Source: Gammaproteobacteria bacterium (lineage in GTDB: Bacteria > Pseudomonadota > Gammaproteobacteria > UBA4575). From it: a stretch of 64,000 bases of DNA. Of the stretch, positions 1 through 9,733 are shown in pieces; positions within the stretch are counted from its first letter, which is position 1, and every line of letters starts with the position of its first letter. The position numbers were made by a program, and so were the translations under genes. The notes beneath the pieces are model-generated. The model was given only the letters and a program-made list of their open reading frames with translations, was not told the origin of the DNA and searched no databases. The stretch spans positions 672,001 to 736,000 of the forward strand of contig CBDEUS010000001.1 in assembly GCA_965243395.1 (NCBI GenBank). Reading direction: 5' to 3'.

Positions 1-198
1 AATCCGGGTAATTTATTTACTATAATATAATTAAAGTAATCTCTCTAGTTTAACATTTAAGCTATTGGTTAATAGTAATTATTGAATTAAATGGGAAGGA
101 ACTATTGCTCGTATAGTCTTTAGGTTGTATTTTTGTTTAATCATGTATTTCTAGGCGATAACAGAATAAATAACTGGCAATTACAGAATTAAAAAACT

Positions 199-1014
199 AT
201 GGAGTTACCAATTATGTTAAGACTAAAGTCTTTTTTATTTGGCGGAATTTTTCTTTCAATACTAACTATATTTAGCATGCCTTTGCATGCAGACGGTGTA
301 TCAGGCTCTGCGGCTGGAGGTAGCACATCGGGTGCAGATAGTGAGTTGGAATCTTGTCCTGAACCTTTAGGCACGTTAGCAGTACATGAAGATCAGACTG
401 CATCTTGGTGGCATCATTACTATCGTCGATATCCTACTTTAGGAAGTACTACACCCTTGTTGCGTTTAATGGTGCAACAATCAAATTGCTTTGTAGTAGT
501 AGAAAGAGGCAAGGCAATGGAAAATGTAATGGGTGAACGAGAATTAGAACAAGCAGGTGAAACACGCGAAGGCAGTAATTTTGGCAAAGGCCAAATGGTT
601 GCAGCGGACTACACGATGAGTCCTGAAATTCAGATATCGGAAGAAACGGGTGGTGCGAAAGGAAAATTATTTGGGAAATTAGGGGGAGCAGGGGATTTGT
701 TAGATAGTGTTGCAGGAAAATTAAAAAGAGATGAAGCGTCAACTACGCTCTTGTTAATTGATAACCGTTCCAGTGTGCAGGTAGCAGCTGCACAAGGTTC
801 ATCCAAAAAATTTAGTTTTGGTGGCGGCGTTGGAATTTTTGGCAGCCAAGGAGGTGGTACTGCATCAGCATTCACTAAAACCCCTGAAGGGAAAGTAATC
901 GCAGCTGCCTTTGCAAATTCTTATAATAATATGGTTAAAGCATTGCGAAGTTACAAAGCACAAAATGTTGAAGGTGGGCTTGGTAAAGGCGGTAAACTTA
1001 AAGTAGGCGAGTAA
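199..1014 (+). CDS. CsgG/HfaB-family envelope protein
   Basis: Signal-peptide-like N-terminus; QQSNCFVVVERG and GSNFGKGQMVAADY segments typical of stand-alone CsgG/HfaB-family proteins. Confidence 0.8.
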   Translation: MELPIMLRLKSFLFGGIFLSILTIFSMPLHADGVSGSAAGGSTSGADSELESCPEPLGTLAVHEDQTASWWHHYYRRYPTLGSTTPLLRLMVQQSNCFVVVERGKAMENVMGERELEQAGETREGSNFGKGQMVAADYTMSPEIQISEETGGAKGKLFGKLGGAGDLLDSVAGKLKRDEASTTLLLIDNRSSVQVAAAQGSSKKFSFGGGVGIFGSQGGGTASAFTKTPEGKVIAAAFANSYNNMVKALRSYKAQNVEGGLGKGGKLKVGE

Positions 1015-1035
1015 CGATTCATATTATCAATTATG

Positions 1036-1063
1036 AAAAGGCAGCCTTTTGGCTGCCTTTTTT
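1036..1063 (+). terminator. Rho-independent terminator
   Basis: AAAAGGCAGCC-TTTT-GGCTGCCTTTT perfect 11-bp hairpin plus T-run, 22 nt after the upstream stop. Confidence 0.85.
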
Positions 1064-1083
1064 ATTGCTTATCAAAAATAAAT

Positions 1084-2418
1084 ATGTCATCTAATTCCAA
1101 GATTGAGCACATTAGCTTATATGAAGCTATGAAATATTGGCTCAAGTTAGGTTTTATTAGTTTTGGTGGGCCTGCAGGTCAAATTAGTATGATGCACCAA
1201 GAATTAGTGGAGCGTAGACGTTGGATTTCTGAACACCGATTCTTACATGCGCTTAATTACACCATGGTACTGCCAGGGCCCGAAGCGCAACAATTAGCGA
1301 CCTATATGGGTTGGCTAATGCATGGTGTTAAAGGTGGGCTGATTGCAGGTGGTTTATTTGTATTACCATCACTATTCATTCTTATCTCATTAACTTGGAT
1401 TTATTTGGAGTATGGAAATACGCAAATTGTTGCTGGTGTGTTGTATGGTGTGAAACCTGCAGTCACGGCTATTGTTTTATTTGCAGCATATAGAATTGGG
1501 TTGCGTGCATTAAAAAATAATGTGCTACGTGCTCTGGCATTACTTGCTTTCATTGCCATTTTTTATTTCCAAGTACCATTTCCATTTATTGTGATGGGTG
1601 CGGGAATATTAGGATTTATTGGTTCTAAAGCAGCTCCTGATTATTTCAATGCAGAGTTACATAAAGCTGAAGCGCATGAGTCATATGGGCCTGCCGTGAT
1701 TGACAATGAAACGCCGATACCAAGTTACGCAAAATTTAGTTGGAGTAGAGTAATCACTTTTATTTTAATAGGCGTAGGTATTGGAATTGCTGTATTAGTA
1801 TTCTTATATTTTAAATTTGGTTGGAGTAATGCACTTACACAAATGGCAATATTTTTTACCAAGGCTGCGTTGGTGACCTTTGGTGGTGCATATGCTGTAT
1901 TACCGTATGTGTATCAAGGAGGTGTTGATCAATTTGGCTGGTTAACTGCCACACAAATGATAGACGGCTTAGCATTGGGTGAGACGACTCCTGGACCATT
2001 AATCATGGTAGTAACATTTGTAGGTTTTGTGGGCGGATGGACTAAAGAAATTTTTGGTCCTGAGCTTTTACCTCTCGCAGGAATTGTTGCGGCATGCATT
2101 GCAACGTTTTTTACTTTTTTACCCTCTTTTCTTTTTATATTTATTGGTGGACCTGCTATAGAAGCAACACGGGGTGAATTACATTTTACTGCACCATTAT
2201 TAGGCATTACAGCTGCGGTTGTGGGTGTTATTGTAAATCTTGCAGTATTTTTTGCTTATCATGTATTTTGGCCGTCAGGTTTTGAAGGTAATTTTGATTG
2301 GCTTTCATTATTTATCGGTATTGGTGCATTTGTTGCTTTGTATAAGTTTAAACTTGATATTGTAAAAGTAATTATAGTTAGCGCGATTTTTGGTTACTTA
2401 ATTTCAATAGTGACTTAA
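1084..2418 (+). CDS. chrA: Chromate efflux transporter, long-chain CHR family
   Basis: Duplicated CHR motifs LGFISFGGPAGQI...LPGPEAQQLA and LVTFGGAYAVL...ETTPGP; start moved to ATG 1084 because the ATG at 1033 reads through the terminator. Confidence 0.92.
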   Translation: MSSNSKIEHISLYEAMKYWLKLGFISFGGPAGQISMMHQELVERRRWISEHRFLHALNYTMVLPGPEAQQLATYMGWLMHGVKGGLIAGGLFVLPSLFILISLTWIYLEYGNTQIVAGVLYGVKPAVTAIVLFAAYRIGLRALKNNVLRALALLAFIAIFYFQVPFPFIVMGAGILGFIGSKAAPDYFNAELHKAEAHESYGPAVIDNETPIPSYAKFSWSRVITFILIGVGIGIAVLVFLYFKFGWSNALTQMAIFFTKAALVTFGGAYAVLPYVYQGGVDQFGWLTATQMIDGLALGETTPGPLIMVVTFVGFVGGWTKEIFGPELLPLAGIVAACIATFFTFLPSFLFIFIGGPAIEATRGELHFTAPLLGITAAVVGVIVNLAVFFAYHVFWPSGFEGNFDWLSLFIGIGAFVALYKFKLDIVKVIIVSAIFGYLISIVT

Positions 2419-2425
2419 TTACGAA

Positions 2426-3709
2426 TTGTCTATTAAGCAAAAAATATTTCTAATTATAGGCTTGATATTGGCAGGCGAAGTGATCTTTGCTTTGCCTTTT
2501 CATTTAGGTCGTTTCTTTAGGCCTACTATGCTTGAGATGTTTGATCTTACTGCAACTCAATTAGGGGCTGCTCAGGGTGTATATGGCATTGTTGCGATGC
2601 TCGCTTATTTTCCTGGAGGATTATTAGCAGATCGATTTCCTATATATAAACTCATGTCATTTTCTTTGTGGATGACCGCATTAGGTGGTTTTTATATGTC
2701 CACGTTCCCTGGCTACATGGAATCTATATTGCTGTTTGGGTTTTTTGGATTTTCTACAATAATGTTATTTTGGGGCGCACTAATTCGTGCCACGAGAGAA
2801 TGGGGCGGACAAAAGGGACAGGGTTTAGCATTCGGTATTTTGGAAGGAGGCAGAGGTTTATTAGCTGTAGTGCTAGCTTCATTTGGGGTCTTATTGTTTC
2901 AATTTACCTTTCCATTAGGTTATGAATCAGCAACATTTACTGAAAAGCAAAATGTTTTTAGAACAGTGATTCTAGGTTATTCACTGGTTACCGCGTTAGT
3001 CGGTGTATATATATGGATAGTATTTAGAAAATTTTCAATTGCACGTAAACACTTTGACAAAATACCATTTTGGTTGCAGATATCTAGCAATGCTAAGCAT
3101 ATACTTTCGATACGAAGTGTATGGCTTCAATCGTTAATTGTGGTATGTGCTTACGTTGGCTATAAAGGATTTGATAATTATTCACTATATGTAGTAGATG
3201 TATATGGTTTTGATGAAATTGAAGCAGCAAAAATAATAACGCTCGGTTCTTGGGCGCGCCCAATTATCGCCATAGCTATAGGATTAATCGCAGATCGTTT
3301 TAATGCACTTACAATGCTTTGCCTTAGTTTTCTATTACTGCTTTGTGTGGATAGTTATTTAGCATTTACAACTCCAGACATAAATTTCACCTGGATATTG
3401 CTTACAAACATCTTATTAACTTGTATAGCAATATTTGCATTACGTACACTTTATTTCGCTATTTTTGAAGAAATTAAATTGTCATTGATGTTTACAGGAA
3501 GTGCAGTAGGTCTAATTTCTATTATCGGTTTTACACCTGATGTCTTTGTGCTCTATGTTGCTGGATTGTTAATTGATCGTTCCCCTGGAATTGAAGGACA
3601 CCAACACTTTTTTATGTTTCTTGCAGCATTTTCTGCGATCGGTTTATTGGCAAGTATTACACTCTGTAAAGTTGTTGTGAAAAAAAACTTTTCTACTTTT
3701 GAAACATAA
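2426..3709 (+). CDS. MFS transporter
   Basis: About 12 hydrophobic segments; MFS motif A variants GGLLADRF and GLIADRF. Confidence 0.85.
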   Translation: MSIKQKIFLIIGLILAGEVIFALPFHLGRFFRPTMLEMFDLTATQLGAAQGVYGIVAMLAYFPGGLLADRFPIYKLMSFSLWMTALGGFYMSTFPGYMESILLFGFFGFSTIMLFWGALIRATREWGGQKGQGLAFGILEGGRGLLAVVLASFGVLLFQFTFPLGYESATFTEKQNVFRTVILGYSLVTALVGVYIWIVFRKFSIARKHFDKIPFWLQISSNAKHILSIRSVWLQSLIVVCAYVGYKGFDNYSLYVVDVYGFDEIEAAKIITLGSWARPIIAIAIGLIADRFNALTMLCLSFLLLLCVDSYLAFTTPDINFTWILLTNILLTCIAIFALRTLYFAIFEEIKLSLMFTGSAVGLISIIGFTPDVFVLYVAGLLIDRSPGIEGHQHFFMFLAAFSAIGLLASITLCKVVVKKNFSTFET

Positions 3710-3975
3710 ATGTCCTTGAGCTAGTTACCTTGGAAAAGGTGTTTGAATTAGCGCACTGGTTAAAAAAATTGAGACTCATATTTTGATAACTTGCTAATTT
3801 ATTTGGTTATTCATTAATATACGTGCGGAATTTATTTGACCCAGATAGAAATATTAGTAATCATTGAGAACCACAATTAGCTATTTTGCACATTTCTCAA
3901 GATTTTATTATTGCGATACTTTATATATTTATAGTTTGCAAACGATGCCTCTTCTGAAGCATATTCGGGATTAGT

Positions 3976-4518
3976 ATGTTATTTCCTCCAGTACCTGAAA
4001 ATGAACAACAACGATTACAAGCGTTGCATAAGCTTGAGGTCTTGGATACTCCAGAAGATGAGAGGTTCGACTGGGTTACGCGTTTTGCTGCCGAAAAACT
4101 TAATGTTCCGATTTGTTTAATCACTTTGATTGACCAAGATCGTCAGTGGTTTAAATCTACATGGGGTGTTGATACCAAAGAAGTACCACGAAATCTTTCT
4201 ATCTGTGCCCATGCAATTTGTGCAGCAAAGGAACACTATCCTAGAGGACGTATCTTTGAAATAAGTGATACGCATAGAGACAGTAGATTTTTTGACCACC
4301 CTCTTATCGTAGACGAGCCAAAGGTACGTTCTTATATAAGCTTTGTTTTACAGGCGGGGGAGGGAATAAATATTGGAACACTGTGTTTGGTGGATAAGCG
4401 CCCAAGAAAATTTAATGAATATGAAATAGACCTCATCATCGAACTGGGAAAGATGGCTGAGGAATTATTCGTTTATGGCGGTCACAATTCGCCTGAATTC
4501 AAAAATAAGTTGAATTAG
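3976..4518 (+). CDS. Stand-alone GAF domain protein
   Basis: ExxRLxAL...LDTPEDERFD...ITLID..RQWFKS...SICAHAI...D.RF..HPL...GTLCLVD.RPR GAF pattern; no output domain. Confidence 0.85.
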   Translation: MLFPPVPENEQQRLQALHKLEVLDTPEDERFDWVTRFAAEKLNVPICLITLIDQDRQWFKSTWGVDTKEVPRNLSICAHAICAAKEHYPRGRIFEISDTHRDSRFFDHPLIVDEPKVRSYISFVLQAGEGINIGTLCLVDKRPRKFNEYEIDLIIELGKMAEELFVYGGHNSPEFKNKLN

Positions 4519-4672
4519 CTTAATTCTCTTGTCTATTACCGTTTAAATCGCACAAAAATTGCGCAACATTTTCTGAAAGCCAGGGAATTGGCATATAAAA
4601 TCAATAGTTTGTGTAAGAAAAGTATAGAATTTCGTGTCTATTCTCTAAGCTTAAATAAAATTAGGAGAAGTC

Positions 4673-5104
4673 ATGCGTAAGCTCATCTTTTTACTCATTC
4701 CTTTGATTTTTCTAGTCCTACCATTTACCTCTCAAAGTGGTGAAGAAGGTTCATCAGATGTTAAACCCGCCGTATATGGCGTTATGATGTATGCGGACTG
4801 GTGTGGCAGTTGCAAAGCATTAGATCCAAAGATCGCTCAAGCCAGAAAAGAAGCTAACCTAGATCAAGAAGATATCTTATTTGTGCGTTGGGATTTAACA
4901 GATGAAGTAACTAGTCATCAAGCGAAAATGATGGCTGCTGTACTTGGTTTAAGTGACTTATATAAAACGAATGCAGGCAAAACTGGTTTCATGCTTTTAG
5001 TTGATGCGGATTCAGGCGAGAAACTTGCACAGCTTACTATGAAACATGAAGCGACTGAGATCGCTACAAAAATTCAAGCAAGTATTAAGTCTGCAAAGTC
5101 TTAA
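4673..5104 (+). CDS. Exported thioredoxin-like protein
   Basis: Signal peptide; YADWCGSCK CxxC motif; AGGAG Shine-Dalgarno. Confidence 0.8.
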   Translation: MRKLIFLLIPLIFLVLPFTSQSGEEGSSDVKPAVYGVMMYADWCGSCKALDPKIAQARKEANLDQEDILFVRWDLTDEVTSHQAKMMAAVLGLSDLYKTNAGKTGFMLLVDADSGEKLAQLTMKHEATEIATKIQASIKSAKS

Positions 5105-5121
5105 TTATTTAAATTTAGAAA

Positions 5122-5160
5122 CCAACAGTATTTATTATGATAAATACTGTTGGCTTTATT
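5122..5160 (+). terminator. Probable Rho-independent terminator
   Basis: Perfect 14-bp inverted repeat CCAACAGTATTTAT/ATAAATACTGTTGG (5122-5153) followed by a T-rich tract. Confidence 0.65.
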
Positions 5161-5175
5161 TTGTAATGATAAATA

Positions 5176-5880
5176 ATGTCAGCAAAAGAAGTATCCCGTA
5201 CACTCAGAAGAATTGCTAATCCTGAATATGCTAAACACTCACTGCGTTTTTTTAAAACAGGTAAAGGTGAATATGGTGAAGGAGACAAATTTTTAGGAAT
5301 ACGTGTTCCGATTCTTCGACAACATGCAAAAAAATACAAAGATATTGAATTAAGTGAAATTCACAAGCTGCTCAAATCTAAGTTTCATGAAGAACGTTTA
5401 TGTGCGCTTTTTTTATTAACTTTCTATTATCAACAGGGCAATAAGCAGGAAAAGATTGCTTCATACAAGCTTTATCTGACAAATACTCAATACATTAACA
5501 ATTGGGATTTAGTTGATGTAAGCGCACACAAGATTGTAGGGCCGCACCTCTTTGACAGGAATCGTGCACCTCTTTACAAGCTATGTAATTCGAGGCTTTT
5601 ATGGGATCGGCGGATAGCAATAATTTCAACCTATCACTTCATAAAAAATCAACAATTCGATGACACACTAACCTTGTCTGAGAAACTGCTTGATGACGAG
5701 GAAGATTTGATGCACAAAGCTGTGGGCTGGATGTTGAGAGAAGTGGGTAAGCATAAAATTGAAGTTGAAAGAAAGTTTCTGAATAAACACTATAAAAATA
5801 TGCCACGTACCATGTTGCGCTATGCAATTGAAAAATTTCCAGAGCATGAGAGAAAGAAGTACTTGCGAGGTGAAGTCTAA
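5176..5880 (+). CDS. DNA alkylation repair protein (AlkD-like HEAT-repeat glycosylase)
   Basis: FFKTGKGEYGEGDKFLGIRVP, NNWDLVD, KAVGWMLREVGK, MPRTMLRYAIE motifs. Confidence 0.9.
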   Translation: MSAKEVSRTLRRIANPEYAKHSLRFFKTGKGEYGEGDKFLGIRVPILRQHAKKYKDIELSEIHKLLKSKFHEERLCALFLLTFYYQQGNKQEKIASYKLYLTNTQYINNWDLVDVSAHKIVGPHLFDRNRAPLYKLCNSRLLWDRRIAIISTYHFIKNQQFDDTLTLSEKLLDDEEDLMHKAVGWMLREVGKHKIEVERKFLNKHYKNMPRTMLRYAIEKFPEHERKKYLRGEV

Positions 5881-5971
5881 GTTCTAATTTGGTATGCAAT
5901 AATAGTTGTTATTGAAAAGATAACATATATGATAGTTTGTGCGCGATAGAGGAAAACGCGTATTACAAACT

Positions 5972-6898
5972 ATGAATTCAGTCATCTCAGTATCTAATTT
6001 ATCTAAAGTTTATGGAAGTGGGCATCGTGCACTCAACGATGTCAGTTTGGATATACGGTCGGGTGAAATTCTTGCACTACTTGGACCCAACGGTGCAGGC
6101 AAAACTACCTTGATATCAATTATTTGTGGGATTGTGAACCCTACAGAGGGTTCCGTGGTTGTAGATGGTCATGACATTATTGATGAATATCGAATCACAC
6201 GAAGCAAGATTGGCTTAGTTCCCCAAGAACTTACTTTGAGTATGTTTGTGAGTGTTTGGGATACGATTTGTTTCAGTCGAGGCCTGTTTGGCAAAAAACC
6301 AGATCCTGCTTATCTCGAACAATTGCTTAAAGACTTATCACTATGGGATAAAAAAGATAGTGATATTTTAACTTTATCTGGAGGCATGAAACGCCGTGTC
6401 TTGATTGCTAAAGCATTGTCGCATGAACCCGAAATTCTATTTTTAGATGAACCCACTGCCGGTGTAGATGTTGAATTACGAAAAGACATGTGGGATTTAG
6501 TTGAAAAACTTCGTCAGTCTGGGGTCACAATAATCTTAACTACACACTATATTGAGGAAGCAGAAGAAATTGCTGATCGAGTGGGTGTCATAAACAAAGG
6601 CGAGCTTATTGTCATTGATGAAAAAGAGGCATTGAAGCATAAACTAGGCAAACGTCAGATGAGTGTTGAATTGGAACAGTCAATTAGTTCTATTCCTCAG
6701 TCTTTAACGTTATGGTCGTTAGAACTATCCGCTGAAGGCAACCAACTTACATATACGTATGACAGTCATAGTGAACATACTGGTGTTGCTGAATTATTGC
6801 GCGCAATAGATCAGGCTGGATTGATGCTAAAAGATGTAAATACAAGCCAAAGTTCTTTAGAAGATATTTTTATAAATCTGGTAAATACCCCTTCGTAG
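5972..6898 (+). CDS. ABC-2 type transporter ATP-binding protein (YadG-like)
   Basis: Walker [18 protein letters not shown] signature, Walker B LFLDEPT; ATG 5972 preferred over GTG 5939. Confidence 0.92.
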   Translation: MNSVISVSNLSKVYGSGHRALNDVSLDIRSGEILALLGPNGAGKTTLISIICGIVNPTEGSVVVDGHDIIDEYRITRSKIGLVPQELTLSMFVSVWDTICFSRGLFGKKPDPAYLEQLLKDLSLWDKKDSDILTLSGGMKRRVLIAKALSHEPEILFLDEPTAGVDVELRKDMWDLVEKLRQSGVTIILTTHYIEEAEEIADRVGVINKGELIVIDEKEALKHKLGKRQMSVELEQSISSIPQSLTLWSLELSAEGNQLTYTYDSHSEHTGVAELLRAIDQAGLMLKDVNTSQSSLEDIFINLVNTPS

Positions 6899-6905
6899 GT
6901 TTTTA

Positions 6906-7667
6906 ATGAATGTTCAAGCAGTAAAAGTAATTTATAAATACGAAATGTTGCGTGCATGGGATACGTTACTACAAAGTTTTGCTTCGCCTGTGATATCTAC
7001 TGTTTTATATTTTGTGGTATTTGGCTCCGCTATTGGGGGCCGTATTGAAAGCATAGAAGGTGTTTCATATGGCGCATTCATTGTGCCTGGACTGATAATG
7101 TTAGCATTGCTTACACAGAGTGTTTCGAATGCGTCATTCGGTATTTATTTTCCACGCTTCACTGGGACGATCTATGAAACATTGTCTGCACCTATTTCAT
7201 ACATAGAAATTATTTTGGGTTATGTAGGAGCTGCTGCAACCAAGTCATTTATTATTGGATTAATAATCCTTGCCACTGCAGGTTTTTTTGTCGAATTAAA
7301 TGTTGTGCATCCAATTTGGATGATGGGCTTCTTGGTTCTTACTTGTATTTCATTCAGTTTACTTGGATTCATAATTGGTTTATGGGCAGAGAGTTTCGAA
7401 CAACTTCAGCTAATTCCATTGTTGGTAATTACACCATTAGTATTTTTAGGCGGGAGCTTTTACACGATTGATATGCTTCCCCCTGCATGGCAGACCGTGA
7501 GCTTATTCAATCCTGTGGTGTATCTGGTGAGCGGGTTTCGTTGGAGCTTTTACGAAGTTTCTGATGTAAGTGTTCACATAAGCCTGTTAATGGTACTGCT
7601 ATTTGCATCCATTTGCTTAACGATTGTTTGGTGGATGTTTAAGACTGGGTACCGTTTAAAACACTAA
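6906..7667 (+). CDS. ABC-2 type transporter permease (YadH-like)
   Basis: Six TM segments, FLGGSFY and [11 protein letters not shown] motifs, directly after the ATPase. Confidence 0.9.
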   Translation: MNVQAVKVIYKYEMLRAWDTLLQSFASPVISTVLYFVVFGSAIGGRIESIEGVSYGAFIVPGLIMLALLTQSVSNASFGIYFPRFTGTIYETLSAPISYIEIILGYVGAAATKSFIIGLIILATAGFFVELNVVHPIWMMGFLVLTCISFSLLGFIIGLWAESFEQLQLIPLLVITPLVFLGGSFYTIDMLPPAWQTVSLFNPVVYLVSGFRWSFYEVSDVSVHISLLMVLLFASICLTIVWWMFKTGYRLKH

Positions 7668-7730
7668 ACTAATAGCAAATTATTATTGTTTCCTCTGGTG
7701 ATCCAGGGAGATGACCTAGGGTTGAAAATC

Positions 7731-7829
7731 TCAGGGGAAAACAAAAGCCATAATTAATGCATATAAAACAATCACCACCCCTACAATCAGGGCGATCATG
7801 TCATATTTTTTATACTCTTTTTGGTCCAC
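7731..7829 (-). CDS. Putative 32-aa single-TM small protein (below the ORF-track cutoff)
   Basis: AGGTG SD, then GTG; MDQKEYKKYDMIALIVGVVIVLYALIMAFVFP: charged N-terminus and an uninterrupted ~21-residue hydrophobic helix. Confidence 0.5.
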   Translation of the reverse strand: MDQKEYKKYDMIALIVGVVIVLYALIMAFVFP

Positions 7830-8061
7830 AAGTAACACCTATTAAATTGTTATTTGTAAACATCAACTTACTACTGTTTTTAGCATTAAAGTATTAGAAA
7901 TTACTAATGATTATTATGATAATTTCTTATAAAAACAGAACGAATTATTTTCTTTATCAATCTTTTTCATAAGTAAATTAAATTGTAATTACACTATTTT
8001 AAAACTAACCAGAAGCGTATACTTTTTATTATTAACTTAACGCAAAATCAGGAGGCAAATC

Positions 8062-8379
8062 ATGCAAACTGATAGCATTAAACATATCTGTTCTGGTTTA
8101 ATGTATAAGGCTAAGACAGAACATTTTCTAGATAACCCCATTCACGAAATTGAAAAAGAGGCAAATAATTTTGTCGAAAAATTTGCGGAAGAGCATGGGC
8201 TTACTGCACATACCCTTTCCGCTTATCGATGGTATTTTCAAAGTGATGATCGGTTGCTTGAGGATGGATTTGTAGAATTACGTTGCAATCTTAATTTTTT
8301 AAGAAATCATGGAACATGTACGTTTGCTGTTGTGGATGTTGAAGAAATTGATAACGCGAAACATTTGCAAGAGGTATAA
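8062..8379 (+). CDS. Hypothetical protein
   Basis: Strong AGGAGG SD, 105-aa ORF upstream of the ybaK-like gene; no family recognised. Confidence 0.65.
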   Translation: MQTDSIKHICSGLMYKAKTEHFLDNPIHEIEKEANNFVEKFAEEHGLTAHTLSAYRWYFQSDDRLLEDGFVELRCNLNFLRNHGTCTFAVVDVEEIDNAKHLQEV

Positions 8380-8410
8380 AATTGACATACTTATATAGCG
8401 AATGGAGGTT

Positions 8411-8881
8411 ATGATGGCAGTAACTAGGCTCACTAATTTACTATCTGATCAACACATTTCTTATGTAATTATTCCGCATGCTCCTACCTATACAGCTCAA
8501 GAAACCGCAGCATCGGCACATATCCCTGGTCTTGAGTTTGCTAAAACAGTAATTGTCAAAATTGATGGCAAGCTAGCTATGGCTGTTTTACCGGCTCAAT
8601 ACAAAATTCATTTAAGTCTCTTAAAACAGGAAGTAGGTGCAAGTCGAGTTGAGCTTGCCGATGAAGACGATTTCAGAGGCATGTTCCCAGGATGTGATAC
8701 TGGTGCGATGCCACCATTTGGCAATTTGTATGGGATGGACGTTTATGTTGAGGATAGTTTATTAGAAGATGAAGAAATTGTATTTAATGCAGGTTCACAT
8801 ACGGAACTGATTAAAATTTCATATAAGGATTTTATGGATCTGGTACACCCTAAAGTAGCTAGATTTTCTACTCTGCATTAA
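8411..8881 (+). CDS. YbaK/EbsC (ProX) family aminoacyl-tRNA deacylase
   Basis: AKTVIVK catalytic Lys motif, GAMPPFG, FNAGSH; GGAGG SD at 8404-8408 puts the start at 8411 or 8414. Confidence 0.88.
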   Translation: MMAVTRLTNLLSDQHISYVIIPHAPTYTAQETAASAHIPGLEFAKTVIVKIDGKLAMAVLPAQYKIHLSLLKQEVGASRVELADEDDFRGMFPGCDTGAMPPFGNLYGMDVYVEDSLLEDEEIVFNAGSHTELIKISYKDFMDLVHPKVARFSTLH

Positions 8882-8905
8882 TTTATAGATCAATAGCAAC
8901 AAAAT

Positions 8906-9433
8906 TTACTTTCTTACAAAAGTAAATTTTGCAGCATTTTGCATTTCTCCATTTTCATAGTACGCCCATTTTTGTTCAAATGTATTTTCATCTAGAATGG
9001 TCATTTCCATTGCACCCATATGTCCTGTAGTTTCTCTATCAATGCCCACTCCATCTAAATATATAAATTTAAATATATTTTCATGAGTGTTTTCGAGTTG
9101 TAACCGGGGTTGATTTCCGAGCATACAGTAATGTGTCATGAATAGATTGTCTTGATCACCATGATACATAGTTACCATTTCTTTAGGTGAATTAGCGAAT
9201 ATTCTCTCTTCTACCGCGGTACCACCTGAGATTGTTCGATATATCAGTGCGACTTTTTCTTCTTTTCCTTCATGATTAATATGTGTACCTATCCATTCAC
9301 CTTCTAAAGCAATGAAGTGTTTAAGAGCCATAGGCGCTGGTTGTGGCTGATGCTTGGGCTCTTCTGAAACAGCTACATTCGCACTCAGAGTTAATAAGAG
9401 AATACAGAAGAAGATAAAGAGTAGTTTATGCAC
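8906..9433 (-). CDS. Exported hypothetical protein (beta-barrel-like)
   Basis: Signal peptide; LEGEW.G and EMVTMYH...MTHYCMLGNQPRL pattern; AAGGAG SD. Confidence 0.7.
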   Translation of the reverse strand: MHKLLFIFFCILLLTLSANVAVSEEPKHQPQPAPMALKHFIALEGEWIGTHINHEGKEEKVALIYRTISGGTAVEERIFANSPKEMVTMYHGDQDNLFMTHYCMLGNQPRLQLENTHENIFKFIYLDGVGIDRETTGHMGAMEMTILDENTFEQKWAYYENGEMQNAAKFTFVRK

Positions 9434-9733
9434 TGTTAACTCCTTGGTGTTGTGTGATGTTTCAAAACGCTAAGATAATGAGTTAAAAAAATAACTATAA
9501 GAGCATATACTTATTTCAATTACGCATGCGAGTAAATTCATAAAATTTAATGTTTCGCATAAGCCAATTATTGTGAATGGGCTATTTACCCTTTATTGGT
9601 TCTTGTAGCTATTAATTTGTTAGGCTGGTGTAGTCTGATTGAAATGATGAGATAGCAAACTTAAGGTATTTGCTGAAAAGCCATAAATAAGGGTACAATT
9701 AGTAAGGTATTTATTATCTCTGTAGGTGGTCAA

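Noticed and set aside
1033-1083. N-terminal extension MKRQPFGCLF... of chrA
   Set aside because: It is the translation of the upstream terminator hairpin; ATG 1084 is the plausible start
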